From positions 310,001-374,000 of the IMG/VR virus record IMGVR_UViG_3300050821_013430: a stretch of 64,000 bases of DNA; one strand, given 5' to 3'. Positions 29,490 through 39,683 of this stretch are shown piece after piece. The notes below the pieces were generated by a model that worked only from the letters and a program-made list of their open reading frames with translations, was not told where the DNA came from and did no database searches. Every line of letters begins with the position of its first letter. Within the stretch, counting starts at the first letter, position 1. Position numbers and translations under genes: made by a program.

Positions 29490-30113
29490 TCAATCGCAGT
29501 AGGCGGTGGATTCAACGTTGCAGCCGTAATAGGCGCATAACTCAGTCATGTCGTTCTTATCGAGACACTTGGTGCCGGTGTACTTCCGATACATCACGTC
29601 CTTACTATCGCCCGAATCTCGAAGCCACAGCATATGGCCAAACTCGTGAAGAGCAACCTGCTCGAACATGTACTGATCAGTTATCCTGGGGCTGATCAGG
29701 AACATCCTCTGCGGCTTGGTATGATCCGTCTCGTCATGATCCGTGAGCGCGACCACCTTGGCACCGGCAGTGTAATCCGCCCGATCAACCAACTCAGTGT
29801 GTTCTGTCGCCAATCTCAGGATCATGTTCTGATCCTTGAGCCTATTGATCGAATTGATCGAAGTGAAGTCTAAGTCATACTCGATCACAATCACTACTGC
29901 CTCATGGGAGCGCCGCGTCCATTCATCACCCGCACTGTCCAATGCCCAACGCTCACCAGGAGTGAAAGCGGTATCAGCATGTAGGATGAGAGGCACATGA
30001 GGATGTTCGTGCGTGGGAGAGACTGGCAATTTAGTCTCTCCGCACGCAAAGGTCAATCCTGCGCAGATGGATAGGACGACAGCAGAGCAGAACGCCTTAT
30101 AGGCAGATGCCAT
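29490..30113 (-). CDS. Matrixin-like zinc metalloprotease, exported
   Basis: ALHEFGHMLWL...DVMY (Met-turn); signal/lipoprotein N-terminus. Confidence 0.75.
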   Translation of the reverse strand: MASAYKAFCSAVVLSICAGLTFACGETKLPVSPTHEHPHVPLILHADTAFTPGERWALDSAGDEWTRRSHEAVVIVIEYDLDFTSINSINRLKDQNMILRLATEHTELVDRADYTAGAKVVALTDHDETDHTKPQRMFLISPRITDQYMFEQVALHEFGHMLWLRDSGDSKDVMYRKYTGTKCLDKNDMTELCAYYGCNVESTAYCD

Positions 30114-30285
30114 AGCGCTCCCCCGGATCCTTTGAGCAGAAGGCGGGCCATTGGCATTCGGAATCAGCAGAGCAGTTGTAGTTGCGCTGGATGGGAGTTG
30201 TCTCCTGATCGCGCAAAGAGGTATCGTGAGTGCTGGCGCAATTGAGACAGGAGAGGGTGAGGATACAGAGGAGGAGAGTTTTCAT
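30097..30285 (-). CDS. Small Cys-rich lipoprotein-like protein
   Basis: MKTLLLCILTLSCLNC...CSADSEC. Confidence 0.5.
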   Translation of the reverse strand: MKTLLLCILTLSCLNCASTHDTSLRDQETTPIQRNYNCSADSECQWPAFCSKDPGERYGICL

Positions 30286-30295
30286 GGGGAGCCTT

Positions 30296-30466
30296 TTAGG
30301 AATGGAGGGAGCAACGGTTCGTGTAGTGGCATTGACATTCTGGGCAATAGATGAGGGTGGCATCATCCAGTTTGCGGAAGCGCGGTGGTTTGTATCCGCA
30401 GCGATAACAGTCCTTCCGAGAATCGAACTTGCTATCACCACAATTAGGACAGGATTCATCTGACAT
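30296..30466 (-). CDS. Small Zn-finger protein
   Basis: MSDESCPNCG...CYRCG...CPECQC. Confidence 0.55.
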   Translation of the reverse strand: MSDESCPNCGDSKFDSRKDCYRCGYKPPRFRKLDDATLIYCPECQCHYTNRCSLHS

Positions 30467-30522
30467 CAGTGTATCTCTCCGCATTGAGGACAGGAACGAT
30501 CGCAGCAACCACAAGAGGTCAT
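30466..30522 (-). CDS. 18-aa tail-only micro-ORF MTSCGCCDRSCPQCGEIH (not in ORF track)
   Basis: ATGA overlap upstream, TGATG overlap downstream, perfect tail. Confidence 0.6.
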   Translation of the reverse strand: MTSCGCCDRSCPQCGEIH

Positions 30523-30755
30523 GCTTGATGCACCTTCCCACACTGCGAGCATTGGGCTTTGAGTTTGACCAACGCCTCTTCGTATGCAGGCGTGCGCAGG
30601 AATGAACATCCACCTTTGGATTCCCAGTAGGTGCGATCGAAACTATGCATCCCAATCATCTCGTGCACCTTCTCGCCGCAGTCCGTACAGAACAACAGGT
30701 CATCTCCCCAACGAACACGAGAGAGAGGCGTTTGGCAGTGATCGCAACGGTTCAT
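30519..30755 (-). CDS. CxQCxxxH-tail protein, family B
   Basis: MNRCDHC...CTDC...CSQCGKVHQA*. Confidence 0.75.
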   Translation of the reverse strand: MNRCDHCQTPLSRVRWGDDLLFCTDCGEKVHEMIGMHSFDRTYWESKGGCSFLRTPAYEEALVKLKAQCSQCGKVHQA

Positions 30756-30994
30756 AATGAGTGCTCCTTACCGCACTGGGGACAGATCTTTTTCTCCCTG
30801 AGGAGGAGAGCGTACGAGTAGTAGGCGCCAGTAATCATGCCTGGGTATGGTCGATGATTGATGTTCTGTTCGGCTAACTTGGGATGCGCGGCTCTCTGCA
30901 CTGCAACATTGCAACACTTGCACATGTTGTACGTTCTGGAATCAGGTTGGGGCAAACTGACTGGTTGGTTGCAGCAGAAACACACGCTACTCAT
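30752..30994 (-). CDS. CxQCxxxH-tail protein, family B
   Basis: MSSVCFCC...CPQCGKEHSL*. Confidence 0.75.
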   Translation of the reverse strand: MSSVCFCCNQPVSLPQPDSRTYNMCKCCNVAVQRAAHPKLAEQNINHRPYPGMITGAYYSYALLLREKKICPQCGKEHSL

Positions 30995-31226
30995 GGGTAG
31001 CACCGCACTGAGGGCATATCTTGCCCTTCAACTGATTGACATAGGTGATGTACTTGCCTTCGAAGGAGAGTTGGATGGCGTCTTCCTTTCGGACTTCTGA
31101 CCAAGGAGGATCGTCAAACAGTGCGCCAGCCGCATTGGCACAAGTGAAGCAGATCAGGTACGAATACTTGGGATCGCAGTTCCTGAAAGGGAGTTGCTTG
31201 CCGCAGCAGTAGCAAGTGCTGGTCAT
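30987..31226 (-). CDS. CxQCxxxH-tail protein, family B
   Basis: MTSTCYCC...CFTC...CPQCGATHE*. Confidence 0.75.
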   Translation of the reverse strand: MTSTCYCCGKQLPFRNCDPKYSYLICFTCANAAGALFDDPPWSEVRKEDAIQLSFEGKYITYVNQLKGKICPQCGATHE

Positions 31227-31462
31227 GAGTGAAACTCTCCGCATTGGGGACAAGCCCCATTATCTCGACGCACTTTGGCTATGGCACGAAGTCGGTCTGG
31301 CTGATCTCCAAAACCAAAGGCGTCATAACTCAGATGCGCAGTAATGGGTATCTCGCCCAAAGCCTTCCAAACCTTGGAAGCACAATCCCAACATACCATT
31401 ACACAGCCCTTCACGTCGTCTCGTGTATAGGTGGCGGGACAGCAGGCACATCGTTTGGTCAT
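31223..31462 (-). CDS. CxQCxxxH-tail protein, family B
   Basis: MTKRCACC...CWDC...CPQCGEFHS*. Confidence 0.75.
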   Translation of the reverse strand: MTKRCACCPATYTRDDVKGCVMVCWDCASKVWKALGEIPITAHLSYDAFGFGDQPDRLRAIAKVRRDNGACPQCGEFHS

Positions 31463-31690
31463 GGCACACCATAGAGTGAAAGGTTGGGCAGTTTGGTTTC
31501 GTCAGACTTGCCCATAAACCCGGCCTCGCTGGTTTTACGACTCCACCACTTCCAAGGCCAAAGCCGAATACGGTGTTCGTCGCCTATCTCGTTTTGACGC
31601 CTAACCGATTGACGCTGTAATGAGAATGACCAGGACGAGATAGGTGATCCTGACCACTGGCCCACCAACGATACGGGAAGGCGTAAAGTG

Positions 31691-32029
31691 CTAACTGGCG
31701 AAGGCTGCCAGAGCAGGGCCCATCGTCTTGATCTTGGCAACGGCTCCGCTCTTGGAAACCAGTTCGCAGGCCTGCAATGCGGCGTTCTTTCGATCCTCTT
31801 CCGAGGCGGAGGCGGAATTGGCCTTGCTGACCAACTGCTCCAACTTGACAGGATCGATGCCCAATAGCATCTTGACCATGAATGCGTGCTTCTTGAACTT
31901 GGCTACGATCTCTCCTTGAAAGACCGTGGTGGCCGCTTCCAAGGCTGCGGCCTTCTTCTCCTCTTCCGTCGCGTTGGACGAGTTGGTGATGTTGAGGAGT
32001 TGCTCCAACTTGTTGACGTCGATGTTCAT
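31691..32029 (-). CDS. Small helical protein with two internal repeats
   Basis: ID..KLEQL......A.EE..K.AAL.A twice. Confidence 0.65.
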   Translation of the reverse strand: MNIDVNKLEQLLNITNSSNATEEEKKAAALEAATTVFQGEIVAKFKKHAFMVKMLLGIDPVKLEQLVSKANSASASEEDRKNAALQACELVSKSGAVAKIKTMGPALAAFAS

Positions 32030-32707
32030 GACTTGGTTCCTTTCAGGAGAGAGACGAGGTACTTGGCGAGTTTGTAGAGTTGAGCAATCGCTATGATGCC
32101 CAATAGGAAGAACGGGAACAGCAGGATCATCAGGAAGACGTGCATGGCTACACCTCTCCGTCGACGACCACGATGTCAGCCGAAGACTGCTTCTTAGCCT
32201 TCATCGACTGCTGGCGGTTTTGAGTTTTGCGAAGAGACCGAGACATCGAACGCTTGTAATCGGTCTTGCGTTTGCCGCGAGACTTGCGCTGTTGCTTGGT
32301 CAACTTCTTCATGGTGCCTTTCTTCATCAGTGCCTCCGAACAATCAGCACGACTACGATCATCACAACGAACAGGAAGACGCACATGACTTACCGACCCT
32401 TTCTGAGGAGCAAACGGTTGAACCAGTATCTGACGACCAGGAACGAGAACGCGCATCGATAGTAGAGCGTCAGACAGAACATCTGCCATCGACTGAGAGG
32501 GAAACCTGCTACTCTCCCGGCCGTACTGGCGCCGAGATGAAAGACCGCTTTACCCATTGGGATCCTCCTTCGGATCGTTCTTGATCACCTTGACGGAATC
32601 CGTCAGGCGATTGTTGAGGACTTCGACATCCTTCTCGGAGTCGCGACCCTTGATGGGTTGCAGATCAATGGTGCCATCGTCATTGGGAAGGACTTGGTAG
32701 GTGGTAA

Positions 32708-33136
32708 TCACGAAGCAGTCTCCTTGGTCTTCTCTTCGGGGACAACGATCTCGTATGGCTGATAGTCTTTGGGGGCGGTATGAGCGAGTATGATGTACTT
32801 GCCTTTACAGCCCTTGTAGGACGGATCGGAATCTGCGACTTTGCAAGTATAGTGGCTGTGGTGATACCGAACCAGATCACAATCGCAAAGTGTGATCCCT
32901 GTGGAATGCCAGCCTCTGCTGCAATAGGGACAATTCCACCCTTTCTTCCATGGATCGTCGCAGTGAATTACCCTCTGACGTCTCGACAGAGGCGCACTTT
33001 CCAATTCTAGCCTCGCCAACTCTTGATCAACTTCGGCAGCAGTCTTACGCTTAGGCCGTTTAGAGATGAACACTCGCGACCATACCCAGCCTGCGGTGAT
33101 GCTGGTGCTAACGAGAGCAAGGGTTTCGAGGATCAT
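32708..33136 (-). CDS. Membrane-anchored Cys/His-rich protein
   Basis: N-terminal TM; CPYC...C.C...H.H..C; paralog of 43403..43711. Confidence 0.6.
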   Translation of the reverse strand: MILETLALVSTSITAGWVWSRVFISKRPKRKTAAEVDQELARLELESAPLSRRQRVIHCDDPWKKGWNCPYCSRGWHSTGITLCDCDLVRYHHSHYTCKVADSDPSYKGCKGKYIILAHTAPKDYQPYEIVVPEEKTKETAS

Positions 33137-33139
33137 AGG

Positions 33140-33694
33140 CTAATGCAACTCCGTCATCGCGATCAGCGCTTCGAGCGAAATGGGTTTGTATTCATGAACG
33201 TCAACACCTACGTTGATCATCTTGTCTTTCCGAAGCCATGCTTTGTGCACGTGGCCACAAATTAGGTAGCCACCATCGTTCTTCGGGCGCCACTCAGGAA
33301 AACGAGCCTCATGCCCTGTATCATCGTCCTTCATGTACGGTAGGTGATTGACAAGGAAACGCTCAACACGTGTCTCCATCATCACATCCTTGAATCCATA
33401 TCCGATGTATCGCTTGATGGCTTCTTCGTGGTTCTTACGACCAGCGAAAGTGCGATCATGGTTGCCAGAGATCAGGTACTTGATACCTTTGAGAAGGGGA
33501 ACAACGATCGGTACGATGCTCTCCTTCATAGAGAGGTCTCCCACATTATACACCACATCATCATCTTGCACTACGGCATTATAGCGGGCGACGAGTTCTC
33601 GGTTCATCTCGTCGATGTTGCGGAAGGGTCGCTCACTGTACTCGATAATCCGAGCATGCGATAGGTGGAAATCACTCGTAAACCTCGTTGTCAT
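33140..33694 (-). CDS. Calcineurin-like metallophosphoesterase
   Basis: SDFHLSH, VGDL, GNHD, H, GHVH. Confidence 0.9.
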   Translation of the reverse strand: MTTRFTSDFHLSHARIIEYSERPFRNIDEMNRELVARYNAVVQDDDVVYNVGDLSMKESIVPIVVPLLKGIKYLISGNHDRTFAGRKNHEEAIKRYIGYGFKDVMMETRVERFLVNHLPYMKDDDTGHEARFPEWRPKNDGGYLICGHVHKAWLRKDKMINVGVDVHEYKPISLEALIAMTELH

Positions 33695-34158
33695 CTCGTC
33701 ATCCACTCCCAACATCGTTGCCACCAGGGCTTCTGCGACGAATGAGCAACCAACGGCCCCTCAGGCTCATCTTGATCCTTAGGCTGGTTATCCACCCACT
33801 CTTTGATCGTTTCCTTCGACAAGGCAGGCAAGATGTACTTCGCCCGCAGTCTTTGTCCAATCGCATAGACGTCCTTGTCGTACTCTTTGCTGACGTCTTC
33901 CATCTTCATGTCGTCAAAGCCATACCAGATGGAATACACCTGCGAGTAGCCGAGCCTCACACCCAACAAGATCGAGAAGCAATCAACGCTGGTGTCGAAG
34001 TGTTCATTCTGGGAATTGAGTAGGGCGGTGATGGGGCAGCACTCATTGCCATTGTTGCTACTGAAACGCTTGTCGATGATCTTGCCACCAGCGGAGATAT
34101 GCTTGTCCGCCGCTTCGGTCAGCAGTCGTTCCAACTTGTTCAACTGTTCGGGCGTCAT
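33691..34158 (-). CDS. Hypothetical protein
   Basis: ORF track; CCP motif. Confidence 0.5.
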   Translation of the reverse strand: MTPEQLNKLERLLTEAADKHISAGGKIIDKRFSSNNGNECCPITALLNSQNEHFDTSVDCFSILLGVRLGYSQVYSIWYGFDDMKMEDVSKEYDKDVYAIGQRLRAKYILPALSKETIKEWVDNQPKDQDEPEGPLVAHSSQKPWWQRCWEWMTR

Positions 34159-34312
34159 GACTTCCTCCATCCCAGCATACGGAATACCCACTGCCAGAAA
34201 CCGGATGGCTTCTTGCCTGCTTCTACCTGCCAGGTATGCAGCAGATAGCGCGGAACGCAAACTAACTCTCGCTCTTCGTGGGTGAGTTCTTTGGGCATGG
34301 CTATTACCTCGG

Positions 34313-34591
34313 TCAGTGAATCAGCCCGCATTGAGGGCAGGCATTGACATCAATCAGAAAGCACTCGGCGGATTGCATGATGTAAGCGCCTACCGTAAAC
34401 CCCGGCATGTCGGAAAAGGTTGGACACGTCAGTGGGGTGGTAATCTCGCCCTCTTTCCAAGCGATGAAACTGCCACTTTGGAAGATGGTGCCAACGATGC
34501 TGCCATGCCCTTCATCCTTCATGGCGAAGTTGCTTCCTCCGCCGCGCCATACTCGAACACGAGTTCCGTCTTTGACTTCACGGAGTCTCAT
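34313..34591 (-). CDS. CxQCxxxH-tail protein, family A subgroup
   Basis: EVKDGTRVRV...WKEGE...NACPQCGLIH*. Confidence 0.75.
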   Translation of the reverse strand: MRLREVKDGTRVRVWRGGGSNFAMKDEGHGSIVGTIFQSGSFIAWKEGEITTPLTCPTFSDMPGFTVGAYIMQSAECFLIDVNACPQCGLIH

Positions 34592-34878
34592 GTTGCCACC
34601 TTTTGATGGATCAATCCGCACTGGGGGCAAGCGTTGTCCAGAGGATGCACTTTACAACTACTCCATACAGCCGCTTTCACACAGCCGAAGGCGTTTGGAG
34701 GACTTCCGCAAGTGATCTGGGGGGTCTCTTCGCCATCCTTCCATCCCACATAGGTGGGGCCAAGAACGATGACTTCGGTACTCCCGAAGCCTTTATCCAT
34801 ATCTGAGATGAAGCGTTTCTCAGAAGTCGACCAGAACAACTTGACCCTGGTACCCGGTTTGACGTCTTCAATCTTCAT
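34588..34878 (-). CDS. CxQCxxxH-tail protein, family A subgroup
   Basis: DVKPGTRVKL...WKDGE...NACPQCGLIHQKVAT*. Confidence 0.75.
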   Translation of the reverse strand: MKIEDVKPGTRVKLFWSTSEKRFISDMDKGFGSTEVIVLGPTYVGWKDGEETPQITCGSPPNAFGCVKAAVWSSCKVHPLDNACPQCGLIHQKVAT

Positions 34879-35086
34879 ACTGCAACCTCTTTCCCTAAGC
34901 ACTCTCGCACCACGATCTTGTCGCATTCCGGGTCTTTGCACTTCCAGACAAAGGTGGTTTGACCAAAGGTGTATGCCTGCATTACCAGATCACTCGGCGT
35001 CCATAGATATGCATCGATCTGTCCAGCCGGAACTGGTGCGGCATAGGTCTTTCTGACCAAGATCAGTTCGTGTTTGTGGAACCAAC

Positions 35087-35356
35087 TCACTTGGACTTGA
35101 CCTTGGTGCCATCTTCGGCAGCCTTACGCATCCACTTCTCAGCCAATTTACCTCCGGTGTCTTCGGAGTAATCTACCTTGCGAAGGTTGGACGGGGCGAG
35201 GAGATAGGCGTCATTCCCGTAGGAAACCGAAAACAGGCCATCACTGGTACGACCCACGATCTCACCGATAGCATTGGTGCCACGGAGATTGGGATGCTTG
35301 TCCCCGACATAGCGCACATGATCGAATACGTTGAGAACCTGCTGATGCTTATTCAT
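35087..35356 (-). CDS. Small SH3-like protein
   Basis: FDHVRYVG...GEIVG...SVSYG...NLRKV. Confidence 0.5.
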   Translation of the reverse strand: MNKHQQVLNVFDHVRYVGDKHPNLRGTNAIGEIVGRTSDGLFSVSYGNDAYLLAPSNLRKVDYSEDTGGKLAEKWMRKAAEDGTKVKSK

Positions 35357-35856
35357 TGAGTGATGCTCCTTGTCTGATTGATGGCTGACTTCTTGGTAGC
35401 GCCGGTGGGCCACGATCCCACAAGAGCATTACTGCCCAGCAGTTTTTGAGACTGCCCTGTATTCCAATTCCAGCACGGCGCCATACGCTTCTACTTTCTA
35501 CCGTGTAGTCTCTCCAACGCTTCATGCACCATTCCAATCAACATCCAAACTGGTGCCAGAATGAAAAGGAGTGGCCATGCCAGAGTGGTAAACCCACCTC
35601 GCCAAGTCCAAGACTTGGTTAGCCAATCAAAGGCCAGTATCACTACCGTCCCTGTGATGTACGCTATCAGTATGTATCCCAGCATCATCTCACCAACTTC
35701 CCTTCGTCTCCACCAGATGGTCTCTTACCACCCCATCCTCACACTTCACCAACAACACCAATCCACCAGTCTTCAACGTCCATCCATGACAGATGGAAGA
35801 GATAGGCTCCTTGGCGGGGTCTTTGTTCTTGGCGACTTCGGCCTTGACTTCGCTCA

Positions 35857-36297
35857 CTACGCGCTCTCCACCCATTGCTTCGCCGTACAGACCAGGCACT
35901 TCTCCGTATCGCTTCTCTCCAAGCAAGTGCGGAGTTTCCAATCGATGAAACGGACTTCCTTGCAAGCAACGCTGGGCTCTAAGGCTTTGACAAAGGCCTT
36001 TGCCCTGGCCAACTGCTTTCGCATGTCCTCCAATTCCTTGGAAGGCTTGGTAGCCTCGGCCTTGGCCTCGGCCAATTGCTGACGAAGGCTTTCCAACTCC
36101 TCCGGTGGCTTCTTGGCTTCGCAGAGTTGCGAACGCAGTTTTTCCACCTCATCGGAGCATTCCGACTGCGGGTCTTCGGTATCCTTCAACACTTTGCCGA
36201 TGATCTTGGGATGCTCTTCCTGAAACCGTTCGAGGGCTCCGCGAGCAATGGCGAGTTTCTCTCGGGCTGAACAGCCCCACACGTTAGATGTCTGCAT
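35857..36297 (-). CDS. Coiled-coil protein
   Basis: E(V/L)E.(L/M)R.QL..AK repeats. Confidence 0.55.
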   Translation of the reverse strand: MQTSNVWGCSAREKLAIARGALERFQEEHPKIIGKVLKDTEDPQSECSDEVEKLRSQLCEAKKPPEELESLRQQLAEAKAEATKPSKELEDMRKQLARAKAFVKALEPSVACKEVRFIDWKLRTCLERSDTEKCLVCTAKQWVESA

Positions 36298-36557
36298 AGT
36301 CTATGTCCTCTCAGTGTATCGTTGCGTTTGACGATAGGCGAAGTGTCTACCATCCGTGTATCCATCGTAGTACGCGTCTTTCCATTCCGCCCGAGACTTC
36401 TCAATAGCGGAGAGTTTGGCTTGTATGGCTGCCTTCTCCTTCTCCCAATCTTGCCGCTGAAACCAGAAGCGAGAGCGGAGATGGAAAGAAGGATCGGGTT
36501 TGGGTAGCCCAACCTGCTTAGGACGAAAGAGGTGTTTCAGCCAATCAAACATCGCTC

Positions 36558-36905
36558 TCACTCCGGGCAATCGCAAGGCAACAGAATGGTGCAACGGACG
36601 CAGTAGTTATCCCTTGCGCCCAGCAACTTCTTCCTGACCTGAGCCTCTATCTGATCCAACATCTCCTCAACCACTTCGTTGGGAGGAGAGATGACATGCA
36701 AACCAGTTTCCTCTTCTGCGTTGTCTGCGTCTCCGAACAGGATCTCACGAACACGAGTAGGCAGGTAATCGATGTCCTCTTCCAGCATCTCCCAGATGTC
36801 AGTACCACGCTCGCACTCGTTGAACATAGCGCTCATACAACACGCCTGCACACGAGGATCAGCGGCGACGATGGCGATCTGTTCCGTGATCTCTCTTCGC
36901 AGCAT
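36558..36905 (-). CDS. Hypothetical protein
   Basis: AAGGA SD, C-terminal CxxC..CxC. Confidence 0.5.
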   Translation of the reverse strand: MLRREITEQIAIVAADPRVQACCMSAMFNECERGTDIWEMLEEDIDYLPTRVREILFGDADNAEEETGLHVISPPNEVVEEMLDQIEAQVRKKLLGARDNYCVRCTILLPCDCPE

Positions 36906-37066
36906 TGTCCTTATCCTTCTTTGCCCATGCCAGAATGGTCTTAGCATGAGGGAATGAGATGCCATCCGATTGGAGAGCAACCAGAATAAACAGGTCGCAA
37001 ACCCCAACAGCAACAGCAGCCTTGCTATCCCGAATCGCTTGCACCAGCATCAACTTCTTCACGGCA

Positions 37067-37420
37067 TTACCTCGGCAGACAGAATGGCTTGAACCAGTGT
37101 TGACCACGAGAGTCAATCACCACATCCACCTGGCACAACTCCCTTCGAAGGGAGCGATAGGCATCGGAATTGATGCCGTAGGTTTCAATGACCATCTGCA
37201 ATCTGAGTGCTTCATCCTTGACCTCCTGAAAGAGTCGTGCATCCCGCTCGGCCGGAGTTAGCAGGCGAGGAGCGCGATACACTGGGACGGGCTGATGCAG
37301 CGTAATCTCTTGCTCATCGGAAGGTGGTAGATACTCGGCCGGATTGACTGCGGACTGCTGAACGGGCCTGGTAGTACAGGCGACCATGGAGAGAGCGCAC
37401 ATCAGAAGAACGGTTTTCAT
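37067..37420 (-). CDS. Putative lipoprotein
   Basis: MKTVLLMCALSMVAC. Confidence 0.55.
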   Translation of the reverse strand: MKTVLLMCALSMVACTTRPVQQSAVNPAEYLPPSDEQEITLHQPVPVYRAPRLLTPAERDARLFQEVKDEALRLQMVIETYGINSDAYRSLRRELCQVDVVIDSRGQHWFKPFCLPR

Positions 37421-38341
37421 GACGACACCTTCTTAGGGATGGTGGTTATTGGGACGCTATCTTGGCGAAAGAACGCATGATGGGGTGATTGATGTTGTAG
37501 AAGGAGCAAGCACGCCAGATATCATTGGCATCCAACATGGCTCCGTCCTTGACCTTGCATTCATCGCACCACACCACATGGATGGTTTCGACAAAGAAGC
37601 CATAACAGGGATCGGTGATATCGACCGGCTTCTCGCAATGGTCGCAGAAAGTGGTGGTCATAGGGTACCTCCCAAGGCAAGAATGCGTTCGCGGTAGTAA
37701 GGGATCTTGGTCGTCGCCAGCATCTTCTTACGCTGACGGAAAGAACGAGAGTCGTCGAATTGGAGGGATATGATGCGGCTATGGCAGAAGGACTCTTCCC
37801 AACAGGCAGCGTTGAGTTTTTCTTGCCAGTAAGAAAGGTCTCGCATAACACACTCCGGAAGTTGATTGGACACCTACGTTTAGAGACCGGGTGTCCGGAC
37901 GGTCTTTCCATGGCTGGGATCGTTCTTGGGGAGAGAACGATCAACCAGCCTTGGAGAGGCTACTGAGCCAAAGATGGCTGCGCATTGAGCCAAGACTTTC
38001 TTTGCTCGACGATGATCCGTTTGGCCCCACATCCCGGGCACACGTGCTCGTAGGTGCCTGGCTGCAAGACGATATAGCCGGGAGGGTTATGTTCGGGATG
38101 CAAGCAGGGCTGTTGGTGCCAGGTTCGTTCGTCTGCGATTCGTCTGAGTGTCATTGAGTAGGCTCCATAATTCGGTTCTTCATCAGAGCGAGGACAGGCC
38201 ATGCCAGCCACCAGAAGAAACTGACGATGATCAGTTTCCATTCAGGAGCGGCTCGGTTAGGGAAGAGGACTCGCCACAAGAGGTAGGTAATGGCGGTTCC
38301 GGTAAGTTCGATACCACCAGCGATGAGTAGGATGTTCGTGT

Positions 38342-38611
38342 TCATTGGACGATGGCTTCTCTTTCGATGTTGGGGTGGAGACGACCACACTGAGGACAGA
38401 GATGCTCTTTCAATCTGGCTGGCATCTCTGGTTTGCCATAAGACCACCAACCACCATATTCACCTGCACGGTTATAGATCCCATCTCCCACCAATTTGCG
38501 GTCTACCAGGTTGTAAAGGGTGGTGCTACAATCAGGACAGAGATAGGTGTAGAGAGGCTCTTCGTTCGTTTTGAGCACGGGCTGTTTGCAGAGGACACAG
38601 TTAGGGGTCAT
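38342..38611 (-). CDS. CxQCxxxH-tail protein, family B
   Basis: MTPNCVLC...CPDC...CPQCGRLHP (10-aa extension). Confidence 0.75.
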   Translation of the reverse strand: MTPNCVLCKQPVLKTNEEPLYTYLCPDCSTTLYNLVDRKLVGDGIYNRAGEYGGWWSYGKPEMPARLKEHLCPQCGRLHPNIEREAIVQ

Positions 38612-38814
38612 AGGTGAAGCCTTCCGCATTGAGGGCAACAGATCTTCTTGAACTCAGCGTGGGCACTACCATCCTTGTAGATGGCAATGGAGGTTGACCG
38701 ATCATTAGGCCAACGATACCTACAGCAATCACCGCAAAGGAAGATGATGCCGGAGACTGAGCCATTCTTACGATCAGGTAGTGGCTTGTTGCAGTAATGG
38801 CAATAGGGGATCAT
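38608..38814 (-). CDS. CxQCxxxH-tail protein, family B
   Basis: MIPYCHYC...CGDC...CPQCGRLHL*. Confidence 0.75.
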   Translation of the reverse strand: MIPYCHYCNKPLPDRKNGSVSGIIFLCGDCCRYRWPNDRSTSIAIYKDGSAHAEFKKICCPQCGRLHL

Positions 38815-39023
38815 GGGTGTCTCTTGCCACACTGAGGGCAAAGTAAGGGTTTGAGGTCGTTGGGCACATCATAGAATGGATAGCCACCAGTACCTGTACC
38901 AGTACTGAAACAGTGCTTACTACCATAGGCAATGACAATACACTCCGTGCAATACCAAGAGTAGTTTGCTTTCGGGCATAAGGGAAGCGGTTTGTCGCAA
39001 GCAGCGCATACAACGTCCATCAC
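38811..39023 (-). CDS. CxQCxxxH-tail protein, family B
   Basis: VCAAC...CTEC...CPQCGKRHP*. Confidence 0.75.
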   Translation of the reverse strand: MMDVVCAACDKPLPLCPKANYSWYCTECIVIAYGSKHCFSTGTGTGGYPFYDVPNDLKPLLCPQCGKRHP

Positions 39024-39374
39024 TTCTTCACCAGTCTTTTCAGGAAGCCAACCACGTTATCCAGCGCTTTACCACCAGCCTCTACTACATCCTTACCCGC
39101 ATCGGTCGTCTTCTTGACAGTCGCAGCCGCTTTGGCTTTCAATGCCTCTTTGGCCTGCCGCAACTTCTCTTCTCTCTCTTCTCGTTCTCGTTCCCTATCC
39201 TTCTCTTTCAGATGACGGATCAGGAAGAGGCCCAACATCCCGCAGAAGCAGGAGGAGCCAATGACAACGGCGAAGGATGGCTCGAATAGGATGAAGCCGA
39301 GAATAGCTCCGCCCACCGTAAAGACAAGCACCACATTCAGTGTCTTGACTTGCAGCCACATGAGAATAGTCCTT

Positions 39375-39677
39375 TCAACTCCACTTGAGTCGTTCTTGTT
39401 CGACCAATACTCGACGTTCTTGTTCCTTCTCGTACTCTTCGTCTCTGAGTTCGATATGGGCAATGATCTGGTCAGCGGCCATGGAAGAGTAGTCAGGCTG
39501 CTTCTTGTTCGGCTCCACGCACGATTCTACCTCCCCCACATAACGCAAATCGTCCCAGAGACTGTTGGCGGTCTTCTCTTTGGTGACTTCGGTGATCTGC
39601 ACTCGTTCGCCCTTGTCATTGAGGTAAACGGCAAAACCGAATCGATCCGCAGCGTACTTGGAATACCAACCATGCAT
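39375..39677 (-). CDS. Hypothetical protein
   Basis: VQITEV...WDDLRYVGEV. Confidence 0.5.
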   Translation of the reverse strand: MHGWYSKYAADRFGFAVYLNDKGERVQITEVTKEKTANSLWDDLRYVGEVESCVEPNKKQPDYSSMAADQIIAHIELRDEEYEKEQERRVLVEQERLKWS

Positions 39678-39683
39678 GACTAC

